A DNA stretch of 44,950 bases from a virus (lineage: Duplodnaviria > Caudoviricetes): IMG/VR virus record IMGVR_UViG_3300020388_000025, positions 1 through 44,950 of that record; one strand, given 5' to 3'. Position 1 is the stretch's first letter; each line of letters begins with the position of its first letter. The notes under the pieces were generated by a model, which saw nothing but the letters and a program-made list of their open reading frames with translations, had not been told where the DNA came from and ran no database searches. This document shows positions 26,375 to 34,342 of the stretch, piece by piece. Both the position numbers and the translations under genes were made by a program.

Positions 26375-28216
26375 ATGAAATATCTTACTTCAATCTGGTC
26401 TACGCTATTACTACTCACAGGTTTAATACTTTTAAGAGTATATGACCCTATTGGATTAGTAGAACAAATTCGTTTAAACACATTTGATCAGTACATTAAA
26501 TCATTACCACAAGAGAAATCAAACGATATTGTTATCGTAAATATTGGTGAGAACTCTCTTGGATCCATGGGTCAATTCCCTTGGCCAAGACAAGAATATG
26601 CACAAATGATTTCTGATCTAAGAGAAGTCAATGCAGGTTATATAGGGTTTACAATTATGTACCCAGAACCTGATAGATTTGGTGGTGATAAAATCTTCTC
26701 GCAATATATGCAAGACAATGGGATTATCTTATCACAAGATGTAGATTCAAACGGAAGGGCAGACAGTGCACCGTATGTCGGTTATGCAACCTTTGGTACA
26801 TCAGAACCTTTAGACTTTATATACAAATATGATGGTTTAGTTGCCAATATTAATATATTAGAACATGAAGCATGGGGTATTGGATTAATAAATGCTGCAC
26901 CTGAAGTAGATAATATCACAAGAAGAATACCACTCATATCAAATGTAAAAGATCAACTCTATCCATCATTTGCTTTAGAAATGACTAGACTTGCATTTGA
27001 CAATCTATCATACACAATTAAATCAAACGAAGCTGGAATAGAAAGTATTGTTGTGAGGCCATTTGAAATACCTACAGATAGTGATGGTTCTATATGGCTA
27101 AAGTGGAATACAGAATTTGAGGAAATAGAATACGAAAGACTAATGCCTGGTATTGATAACTTAGAAGGCAAGACAATTATTATAGGTGTATCAGCAAAAG
27201 GATTAGCTAATCAGATACCTACTCCTGGTGGTCTGATGTATCCAGCCCAGCTTCAAGCCGCAGCTCTGCAAACAATTCTTTCAGACAATCCGATTTCTCG
27301 TCCTGTTTGGGCCGATTCAATAGAAATTTTGGTAAGTTTATTTCTTGCTCTTGTATTGATTTTACTGGTATACCACGCACCGATCTGGGTATCTGGTCTT
27401 GGCTTCGTCGTTCTTTGTGTTGGACAAGCCGGAGTGACTTTTTATATCTGGAATAAATTTTATATACTCCTCGATCTTAGTTATTCTCTAATATTATATA
27501 TAATTTCTTTTGCTTCAACGAGTTTTAATAACTTCTATAAACAATTTGTATTGAGACAACAGATAAAGAAACAGTTTGAAACATATCTGGATCCAAGACA
27601 GGTAGCACTATTACAAAAAGACCCAAGTAGATTAAAGCTTGGTGGTGAAAGAAAAGAAATGACATTTATGTTTATGGACATCGTAGGGTTCACTCCGATA
27701 TCAGAACACTATAAAAATAAAAATGACCCAGAAGGGTTAGTAGATATTATAAATACTTATTTAGACCGTATGACCAAAATTATTTTAAACAATGGTGGTA
27801 CAATAGACAAATACATGGGCGATTGTATCATGGCATTTTGGAACGCTCCTTTGGACGAACCAGATCATGCAGATAAAGCAATACAAACATCCATTGAAAT
27901 AGAGAGAGCAGCAAATGAACTTATTAAAGAACTTGAAGAAAAGGGTTTACCTCGTATTGATGTTGGGATTGGTATCAATTCCGGTACTTGCATCGTCGGA
28001 AACATGGGATCAGAAACTAGATTTGACTATTCCGTCATTGGAGATGCCGTCAATCTCGCAGCTAGACTCGAAGGACAAACTCGCAATTACGATGGGGTTC
28101 GAGTGTTGTTGGGACAAGAAACTTATAAACTCTGTAAAGCAAGAAAATTCACGGAAGTTGATAGGATTCTCGTTAAAGGAAAAAAAGAAAAGACTACGAT
28201 TTATACCAATCACTAA
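26375..28216 (+). CDS. CHASE2-domain class III adenylate cyclase
   Basis: TM, CHASE2 (GQFPWPR, YPEPDRFGGD), 3 TM, then FMDIVGFT, IDKYMGDCIMAFWNAP, RFDYSVIGDAVNLAARLE. Confidence 0.95.
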   Translation: MKYLTSIWSTLLLLTGLILLRVYDPIGLVEQIRLNTFDQYIKSLPQEKSNDIVIVNIGENSLGSMGQFPWPRQEYAQMISDLREVNAGYIGFTIMYPEPDRFGGDKIFSQYMQDNGIILSQDVDSNGRADSAPYVGYATFGTSEPLDFIYKYDGLVANINILEHEAWGIGLINAAPEVDNITRRIPLISNVKDQLYPSFALEMTRLAFDNLSYTIKSNEAGIESIVVRPFEIPTDSDGSIWLKWNTEFEEIEYERLMPGIDNLEGKTIIIGVSAKGLANQIPTPGGLMYPAQLQAAALQTILSDNPISRPVWADSIEILVSLFLALVLILLVYHAPIWVSGLGFVVLCVGQAGVTFYIWNKFYILLDLSYSLILYIISFASTSFNNFYKQFVLRQQIKKQFETYLDPRQVALLQKDPSRLKLGGERKEMTFMFMDIVGFTPISEHYKNKNDPEGLVDIINTYLDRMTKIILNNGGTIDKYMGDCIMAFWNAPLDEPDHADKAIQTSIEIERAANELIKELEEKGLPRIDVGIGINSGTCIVGNMGSETRFDYSVIGDAVNLAARLEGQTRNYDGVRVLLGQETYKLCKARKFTEVDRILVKGKKEKTTIYTNH

Positions 28217-28550
28217 CGAACCTAGTGAAGCTCAATTAAGATATTTCTGGTTTATAAATGCTTTAGATATGGGTGGCTCATATCACTATACAAGAAACCA
28301 TCCTAACATAAAAGAAGCCAATTGGTTACTACCAGACAAACCTAGTGCAGCCCAATTCTTATTACAAAAAGGAATTACAGCTCCTATCGCAGCTCAGAAT
28401 TTTGAAGCAGGGCAAATAGGAATTGCCAATGTAGTAATTACATTGGTTGTTTTAAGAAATCATTATCTCTACGAGAACACATCAAAATGTAGAATAGGAC
28501 CAAATGGTGCTAACTATAATGCTGATGGTACTTGTTTTATCAATAAATAA
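27915..28550 (+). CDS. Putative exported/membrane protein overlapping the cyclase 3' end (start uncertain)
   Basis: Fills 28217-28550; NALD...KEANWLL and hydrophobic helices; signal-peptide-like N-terminus inside the overlap. Confidence 0.55.
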   Translation: MNLLKNLKKRVYLVLMLGLVSIPVLASSETWDQKLDLTIPSLEMPSISQLDSKDKLAITMGFECCWDKKLINSVKQENSRKLIGFSLKEKKKRLRFIPITNEPSEAQLRYFWFINALDMGGSYHYTRNHPNIKEANWLLPDKPSAAQFLLQKGITAPIAAQNFEAGQIGIANVVITLVVLRNHYLYENTSKCRIGPNGANYNADGTCFINK

Positions 28551-28576
28551 CACAAATCCTTAAATACAATTAGTTA

Positions 28577-28659
28577 TGTTACAGTTGTGTGACAACTGTG
28601 TAACAATTGTGTGAACTCTTCCAAAAACCGTTTACACAGCTGCCAAAACATGGTATAAT
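28577..28659 (+). promoter_or_regulatory. Strong early promoter with four 11-bp phased upstream repeats
   Basis: TGTTACA/TGTGACA/TGTAACA/TGTGAAC at 28577, 28588, 28599, 28610; TTTACA(28631)-17-TATAAT(28654). Confidence 0.85.
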
Positions 28660-28688
28660 ATAACTATAAATTTGATAAGGAGAAAAGA

Positions 28689-29024
28689 ATGATTTATAAC
28701 ATAATAGTAAAAAACAAGATTTCAAAGGAATCTAAGTATAGCGCATATAGCGTGGATAAAGTAATTAACTTTTTTAAAGATGATCTAGGATATTGTCTTA
28801 ACCCGGTCCAAGGTTCATTTAACAAATTTTGGATGTCAGGTAAATACATCAAAGATGAAGTTGGTGGAAGTTATAAATCAGGATTTATAGAAGGTTCTAA
28901 GTATTACAAATTGGTTGTAAACGATAGAGACTTTGGAATAGAATCAGGTGGTGATTTAAATGGATGGCAAATGGCCGGAATCATCAAACAAGAAATGCTT
29001 GAAAAATTAAGGAGTGCAAAATAA
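28689..29024 (+). CDS. Early hypothetical protein
   Basis: TAAGGAG RBS directly after the early promoter. Confidence 0.75.
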   Translation: MIYNIIVKNKISKESKYSAYSVDKVINFFKDDLGYCLNPVQGSFNKFWMSGKYIKDEVGGSYKSGFIEGSKYYKLVVNDRDFGIESGGDLNGWQMAGIIKQEMLEKLRSAK

Positions 29025-29263
29025 TGAGAAAAGTAGTATTAAAAGGATTTCCAATAATTAATGGTGTGGTACGTGATGGTGCTATCATAGAGATACCAGT
29101 ACCAGCAGACCTACAAGAATTGGCTTTAGATAAAAGCCAAGATGAAGGTGCTAAGTGGGACTTAATGTGTAAGAGATTACCGTCCTATGGATTTATGAAT
29201 CCAATTGGCAATATGTCAATAAGCCATCTAGTGATAGATGGAGTGGAAAAGGAATTCCACTAA
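29024..29263 (+). CDS. Early hypothetical protein
   Basis: TAAGGAG RBS; TAATG coupling. Confidence 0.75.
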   Translation: MRKVVLKGFPIINGVVRDGAIIEIPVPADLQELALDKSQDEGAKWDLMCKRLPSYGFMNPIGNMSISHLVIDGVEKEFH

Positions 29264-29269
29264 AAATAA

Positions 29270-29578
29270 ACAGGAATCGAGGAAGAGCTGTAGTTGGTTG
29301 GTTGTTGTGAAGCTCTACGAAAATCCCGGTCCTAACTGTTAAAGTCAATTAAGACGTGGCATATAGTTGTGAGGTTAGGATATAAAGGAAACAATGAAGT
29401 AACTGAAATTCTAGGAGTGGTTGGGAAGTTATGGAAAACGAGAGACCTTATGGTGGCAAGCTATCCACCTAGATAAAATTCAGGTAAGGCCTGACTTAGA
29501 AGGACACGCTGTAAAGAATAGGGATAACACCCTAGAGTTGAACAACTATAAACTCAATGTGACTGGCGAGTCACAAAG
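29270..29578 (+). ncRNA. Candidate structured non-coding RNA (~310 nt), family not recognised
   Basis: Longest ORF-free stretch in the window, visibly GC-richer, with many local and long-range complementary segments (see findings). Confidence 0.65.
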
Positions 29579-29581
29579 TTA

Positions 29582-29642
29582 TGTGACAATTGTGTGACAA
29601 TTTAAAAAAACCGTTGACAATTGCAGAAATACGTGATACTAT
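29582..29642 (+). promoter_or_regulatory. Second early promoter with 11-bp phased repeats
   Basis: TGTGACA at 29582 and 29593; TTGACA(29614)-17-TACTAT(29637) with TG extension; same architecture as 28577-28659. Confidence 0.85.
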
Positions 29643-29676
29643 AGACATATAAATTAATAATGATAAGGAGAAAAAA

Positions 29677-29793
29677 ATGAGTGATTATTATAACAATGAC
29701 GACCTAGCAGATCAACTAGATGACGTCTTAAAAAAATTAGCCGTAATGGAAAATAAGCTTGATCAGCTTTTAAAAGATAAGGAGTCTAAGTAA
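29677..29793 (+). CDS. 38-aa coiled-coil early peptide, not in the ORF track
   Basis: TAAGGAG RBS; MSDYYNNDDLADQLDDVLKKLAVMENKLDQLLKDKESK; TAATG coupling. Confidence 0.7.
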   Translation: MSDYYNNDDLADQLDDVLKKLAVMENKLDQLLKDKESK

Positions 29794-30239
29794 TGAATTA
29801 TATTAAATTTGAAAATGTCAGCGAAGACATATCTTACGCAGTAGGCTCTTCTCTTAGAGGCTATATTGATGAAGTAACTACAAACCAATTGATTGCAATG
29901 TTTGGTGAGCCAAGCAGAGTACCTTCTGGTGATGGCAAAGTTCAACTTGAATGGATTATTAAAACTAAACTGATAGATTCAGATGGAACTGAAACAGATA
30001 GTTGTTTCACACTTTACGATTGGAAAGGTTCAGCACCTTCCAACGATGATGTTGAATGGAGAATCAATGTTGGTGGTAGATCACAATTAGATTACTACAA
30101 TGTATTCGATGCATTTGATATTGCAAATCAAACAGATTTCTTATATGCTTACGATGGTGATGGCAAACTATGTCAATCCAAAGAAGGCTTTAATTTACAT
30201 CTATTGGAGATGTGCAAAGCGGAGGCAGCAAATGGATAG
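29793..30239 (+). CDS. Early hypothetical protein
   Basis: TAAGGAG RBS; LIAMFGEP...DGKVQLEW...TLYDWK...WRINVGG. Confidence 0.75.
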   Translation: MNYIKFENVSEDISYAVGSSLRGYIDEVTTNQLIAMFGEPSRVPSGDGKVQLEWIIKTKLIDSDGTETDSCFTLYDWKGSAPSNDDVEWRINVGGRSQLDYYNVFDAFDIANQTDFLYAYDGDGKLCQSKEGFNLHLLEMCKAEAANG

Positions 30240-30537
30240 AACAGATTCTTATGTAATGACTGCTTATACTGCTTCTGCTGGTGATATGTTAGAAATTAAC
30301 ACAATCAGAAATACAGTTAAGTCAATAAACAAACTAATTAAACGAGCTGAAAGAGACCACAATAACCATCCAATGAATGACGACCTTGCAATCTTTCCTA
30401 GATATCGTGTTAATGTTAAAGGTAGGTATGGAAGAAACAATCCAAACTATTGTCCTCATAGAGGAAAGTCTGGATCAGTACCTTTAGAACATGCCGAAAG
30501 AGTGGATGTTTATATTCATAGGAGTAACAGATGGTAA
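30232..30537 (+). CDS. Early hypothetical protein
   Basis: Start revised to MDRTDSY (GGAGG RBS) from 30100. Confidence 0.7.
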   Translation: MDRTDSYVMTAYTASAGDMLEINTIRNTVKSINKLIKRAERDHNNHPMNDDLAIFPRYRVNVKGRYGRNNPNYCPHRGKSGSVPLEHAERVDVYIHRSNRW

Positions 30538-30701
30538 TGCACTTTGAACACATTGCAACTCGTATACCAACAAATGTAAGAGTTGACATTTGGAGTTCTA
30601 TATGTTATAATATAGGATTGAAAGATAAAGCTATTAATAGAGTTATGGCTTTTTATAAATTAGAAGAAACAGATTATTTTTACGAAGGAGTAACAAAATG
30701 A
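30537..30701 (+). CDS. Possible 54-aa protein containing an internal promoter
   Basis: TAATG and ATGA overlaps fill the gap exactly. Confidence 0.5.
   Translation: MHFEHIATRIPTNVRVDIWSSICYNIGLKDKAINRVMAFYKLEETDYFYEGVTK
30583..30611 (+). promoter_or_regulatory. Sigma70-type promoter
   Basis: TTGACA-17-TATAAT with TG extension. Confidence 0.8.
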
Positions 30702-30985
30702 GTGATTTATCATTTGCTGAAATCAAAGCTCAGCTATTAGCTGAAAAAGAAAAATACCAGGCAGAGGTAGAATTTCAAAAAACTGTCAAACGAGTCTATG
30801 CAAGACCAAAAGATTATGGTCGACTTACAAAGTCTATTAAGAAAGCTGAACATCTGGCAGCAGGTGGATTAGATTTACACAAAGACGAAAATAGACACCA
30901 CACAAAAGAAAGTACCGATAGATGGCTGAGCGGTACTTCTTATATGGAAACTTACGAAGCCATGAGGAGTCAAGATGAGTATTGA
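30698..30985 (+). CDS. Hypothetical protein
   Basis: AAGGAG RBS. Confidence 0.7.
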   Translation: MSDLSFAEIKAQLLAEKEKYQAEVEFQKTVKRVYARPKDYGRLTKSIKKAEHLAAGGLDLHKDENRHHTKESTDRWLSGTSYMETYEAMRSQDEY

Positions 30986-31085
30986 TTATTTAATAGAACA
31001 AATTATATTTATGCTACATGTTATGATGGGTGCTACATTCTGTGCATGTGTTTATTTAGCAGTAGATTGGTTTAGAAAACTGTGA
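30975..31085 (+). CDS. 36-aa single-TM peptide, not in the ORF track
   Basis: GAGGAG RBS; hydrophobic core. Confidence 0.5.
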   Translation: MSIDYLIEQIIFMLHVMMGATFCACVYLAVDWFRKL

Positions 31086-31255
31086 GATTATTAGAAGCAA
31101 ACTATGGAGATGTTAGAGTCTTTTCAGAAAGACCATTTGGATATAAAAGATATATCGTAGAATGGAAAGATGGACCTACAACTATGTATTCTGGATTATG
31201 GTATAAGAAAGAAACAGTATTAAAATTAATTGAGGAAAAATTAAAAGATGAGTGA
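31082..31255 (+). CDS. 57-aa hypothetical protein, not in the ORF track
   Basis: GTGA overlap; MRLLEANYGDVRVFSERPFGYKRYIVEW. Confidence 0.6.
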   Translation: MRLLEANYGDVRVFSERPFGYKRYIVEWKDGPTTMYSGLWYKKETVLKLIEEKLKDE

Positions 31256-31517
31256 ATATGATGACGTGGTCGAAAGACAAAGACAATTATTATTAGCAGA
31301 AGAATGGGCATCAGGTGTATCAAGTATACATGCGCATTCTACAAATACAATGGCCTATGATGATAGACCAGGAGATACTGCAAATGGCGAAGGTGTGACA
31401 GATACACAATTTAATAATGGTTTAATTCAAAGAACAAAAAATGGTAAAGTAATACATTACTTTGGTACAAAATTAGAAGGTGAAGATTTAATTGCAGCAT
31501 GGAGGCAAAAAAACTAG
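31248..31517 (+). CDS. Hypothetical protein
   Basis: ORF track; packed with neighbours. Confidence 0.7.
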   Translation: MSEYDDVVERQRQLLLAEEWASGVSSIHAHSTNTMAYDDRPGDTANGEGVTDTQFNNGLIQRTKNGKVIHYFGTKLEGEDLIAAWRQKN

Positions 31518-31546
31518 TTGACAATACAATTCAATTGTGTTATAAT
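31518..31546 (+). promoter_or_regulatory. Sigma70-type promoter with extended -10
   Basis: TTGACA-17-TATAAT preceded by TGTGT. Confidence 0.88.
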
Positions 31547-31554
31547 ATAATATT

Positions 31555-31911
31555 ATGGGAATGACAAATTTTTACATGGGCTCACTAAGGTATTCACCTT
31601 GTGGCAGAAAGCGAAAAAATCATTTAGCTAATCCAGCTAAAAAGAAAATGGTTGCATTTAAGAAAGCAATTATAGAACAAACTCAGCTTGATATTATGCG
31701 AGCAGAGCAAGCAAAACAATACAAATCAGTTATGGAAGAAGCTATTAAAGATGGTACATGGTTAAGTAAGTCTGGTCATTGTAATAAGAAAGAAAATCCC
31801 ATGTACACAGGAACACTAGTAAAAGGTATTGCAACGATGCACAAATCAAATGCGGTACCTGTAATTAGTCAGCAAGAAGCTGAAGACATTGCAAAAATGA
31901 GGAGAGGTTAA
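31555..31911 (+). CDS. Conserved hypothetical protein
   Basis: YTGTLVKGIATMHKSNAVPV motif seen in T4-like phages. Confidence 0.75.
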   Translation: MGMTNFYMGSLRYSPCGRKRKNHLANPAKKKMVAFKKAIIEQTQLDIMRAEQAKQYKSVMEEAIKDGTWLSKSGHCNKKENPMYTGTLVKGIATMHKSNAVPVISQQEAEDIAKMRRG

Positions 31912-32036
31912 TGAAGTGGTTTATAACATTAATATTTGACTTCTGGTCTAAAATTTTTGAATGGTCTTTTAAGCTATTAGGATTGTTTATGATCTTATAT
32001 ACAATTGTATACTTGTGGACAGGCGGAAACATATGA
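31911..32036 (+). CDS. Possible 41-aa membrane peptide
   Basis: TAATG coupling, GAGG RBS, hydrophobic. Confidence 0.45.
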   Translation: MKWFITLIFDFWSKIFEWSFKLLGLFMILYTIVYLWTGGNI

Positions 32037-32080
32037 AAGGATATTGTTTTCACAACAGTTAAATTTAAGGTAGGGTTATT

Positions 32081-32287
32081 ATGATAACAGAAGAAGGAAG
32101 TAAAAATATGATATCAAGTTTTCAACGAGAAACTTTGACATCAGATTTATTTGAAATGAATGGAGTATATGGTTGCGATTATTATAAAGATGGAGTATTA
32201 TTAGCAACAGAAGTATATGCAGGTAAAAGCATACATTATGCTCAAAATGCTGCGGAGAATTACGTAGATGGAATTAAACAAGTTTAA
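32081..32287 (+). CDS. Hypothetical protein
   Basis: KSIHYAQNAAENYVDG motif. Confidence 0.65.
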   Translation: MITEEGSKNMISSFQRETLTSDLFEMNGVYGCDYYKDGVLLATEVYAGKSIHYAQNAAENYVDGIKQV

Positions 32288-32288
32288 C

Positions 32289-32335
32289 AGGTTGACCGGG
32301 GTTTCTAACTCCTTATCATTAGCTTCGGTTAACCT
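32289..32335 (+). ncRNA. Intergenic RNA hairpin with an anti-Shine-Dalgarno loop
   Basis: 15-bp stem with 4 G-U pairs; 17-nt loop TCTAACTCCTTATCATT. Confidence 0.55.
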
Positions 32336-32353
32336 AATTTATATATATTTACT

Positions 32354-33499
32354 ATGAGAAAAAGAACAAAGAAAAGAGGACCATCGTTAGAGGATCAATA
32401 CTTAGGTGCAGAACCTAGTTATGGACCACACAATCCTGTAGGCGAAGGCGACGAAAGAGACAGAGAATATCACAGAGGTGCTAATTGGTTCTATTACTAT
32501 GAGAATAGAAAGAAAGCACATACTGCTATTTTATATTATGCCAAACATGATCTTAAATTAACAGCAAAAGAAATAGTTAATTTAAATAAAAATCCTGTAT
32601 GGAAAATTAATCAATCAAATTATAAACCAGTTGCAATGTTTCAAGCAGGCTGGGTTGGAGCTCCTTTAGATTTAGATGCAGTGAATACACGATTGCGTGA
32701 TCTAGTGAAAGAAGGTGAGAAGATCAAACTTGAAAAACTACAAGAGAGCCCACCAACGCCTGTGATTTCACCACAAGAAAGAACACGAAAGAAAGTGGTA
32801 GAAACTATATGGAGTGATTGGGATTCTACTATTGTAGAAGGTTGGTTCACTGAGAACTTTACACAAAAGTTTTCAGCATATAATAGATTTAAAGGTCATG
32901 GATTAAAAAGCAATTCAATTAATATATTTAAAAATATGTTAGAAGTAGAATACAATAATATTAAAGATGCGTATGATAAAACATGCGAACAATGTATAGA
33001 AGCGTATTCACATATTACTAAAGGTAATAAGAAAAAGATATTAAATCAATTTGAGGAAGTGTTTGCTGATCTGGAGAAACTCAGAACATCATTTAAAGCA
33101 ACACGAACACCAAGAGCATTGAAACCAAAAACATCAGATAAGCAGGTTGAAAGATTACAATACATGAAAGAAAGTATTGATGATAAACTTGTTTCAATTA
33201 ATCCTGTACTTATTCCAGGTAGTCATAAGCTTTATGTTTATAATACAAAGCAAAGAAGATTATTTGAATACACAACAGATTCCATTAATGGATTCGAAGT
33301 TGCTGGTACAACAATTAAAAACTTTGATGCAGAAAGTAGAGTTACACTTCTACGTAAACCAGAAGAGATATTACCATCGGTTTTAAATAAAACTGAAAAG
33401 CAAATAGAAAAAATGTGGAGTAATATTACAACAAAAATAGGTAAACCAACAGGAAGAATAAACGCTGACTGTATTTTACTAAGGGTATTTAAAAGATAA
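32354..33499 (+). CDS. Conserved T4-like hypothetical protein upstream of gp33
   Basis: SINPVLIPG...LYVYNTKQRRL...GTTIKNFD...LRKPEE...GRINADCILLRV. Confidence 0.75.
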   Translation: MRKRTKKRGPSLEDQYLGAEPSYGPHNPVGEGDERDREYHRGANWFYYYENRKKAHTAILYYAKHDLKLTAKEIVNLNKNPVWKINQSNYKPVAMFQAGWVGAPLDLDAVNTRLRDLVKEGEKIKLEKLQESPPTPVISPQERTRKKVVETIWSDWDSTIVEGWFTENFTQKFSAYNRFKGHGLKSNSINIFKNMLEVEYNNIKDAYDKTCEQCIEAYSHITKGNKKKILNQFEEVFADLEKLRTSFKATRTPRALKPKTSDKQVERLQYMKESIDDKLVSINPVLIPGSHKLYVYNTKQRRLFEYTTDSINGFEVAGTTIKNFDAESRVTLLRKPEEILPSVLNKTEKQIEKMWSNITTKIGKPTGRINADCILLRVFKR

Positions 33500-33741
33500 T
33501 GACAGAAGTAGTTGAAGAAAAGATCATGACTAAAAAAAGATTTTCACTAGCAGTTGAAAGTATAGTATCAAGTCATAATATGAATTACATTGATGCAGCA
33601 GCACATGTAGTAGAAGTACGAGGATTAGATTATAAGTCAATGAAAAGACTTATGACAGATTCGTTAAAGGCTAAGATAGAGGCCGAAGCTAAAAGCTTAA
33701 ACCTATTAAGAGTAAAAAAGACTAATAAGTTACCAATATGA
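33499..33741 (+). CDS. gp33: Late transcription co-activator gp33
   Basis: FSLAVE...NYIDA...LKAKIEAEAKSLNLL...KLPI; synteny 33-59-32. Confidence 0.9.
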   Translation: MTEVVEEKIMTKKRFSLAVESIVSSHNMNYIDAAAHVVEVRGLDYKSMKRLMTDSLKAKIEAEAKSLNLLRVKKTNKLPI

Positions 33742-34331
33742 AAGACCCATTTGAGTCTTACAAATTATATAACTCACTCAAGCTACACTTTGAAACAGAT
33801 AGCTATGATGCGATAAAATATAATTTTAAAACATCGGTAAAACCAACTTCTTTTTTTAAAAGAAAAGATAAATACTTTTTTGCGAAGTTAGCTAACACAT
33901 ACGATAATCTATTAGATTTCTATGTAGCTAATTTTAAACATGACGTTAAGTATGTCGGTGATATGCTAAACGAACATGGTGAGAGATATTATCGTGACCA
34001 TAAGAAAGTATGTGAAAGTATTACATACACTTTTGAAAACGATATAAATAGATTATACGAAAGTAATTCTGATTTTAATGCTTTACTAGAAGCAGAAGAT
34101 AATGAACATCCTTTCGTTATAAAGTATTGGCTTCAAGATGAAATACATTTAGAAACTGTAGTAATTCTTGATTCCATTACGGGGTTCGTAGAACGTGAGA
34201 ATAAGAAGATATCAGAAACAATTATTTGGCCTGATATCTATCGTAAGATTATGAAATACAAACCTTTCGTAAAGTTTGATAAAACAAAATGTGTAAATAT
34301 TTTGAAAAAGACCTTTACAAAGACACAATAA
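33738..34331 (+). CDS. gp59: Helicase loader gp59
   Basis: YNSLKLHF...YDAIKY...KRKDKYFFAKL, IHLETVVILD, KYKPF. Confidence 0.92.
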   Translation: MKDPFESYKLYNSLKLHFETDSYDAIKYNFKTSVKPTSFFKRKDKYFFAKLANTYDNLLDFYVANFKHDVKYVGDMLNEHGERYYRDHKKVCESITYTFENDINRLYESNSDFNALLEAEDNEHPFVIKYWLQDEIHLETVVILDSITGFVERENKKISETIIWPDIYRKIMKYKPFVKFDKTKCVNILKKTFTKTQ

Positions 34332-34342
34332 TGTGTTATAAT
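34314..34342 (+). promoter_or_regulatory. Sigma70-type promoter for gp32
   Basis: TTTACA-17-TATAAT preceded by TGTGT. Confidence 0.85.

Noticed and set aside
28577-28616. Mini CRISPR array
   Set aside because: Units are contiguous 11-bp repeats with no spacers; they sit in phase with a promoter.
29558-29575. Canonical CRP site
   Set aside because: TGTGA and TCACA are separated by 8 nt rather than 6; better explained as an RNA hairpin.
29270-29578. tmRNA, tRNA, RNase P or group I intron identity for the ncRNA candidate
   Set aside because: No T-loop/CCA acceptor end, no GAGGAAAGUCC P4 motif, no recognisable intron core, and no interrupted gene.
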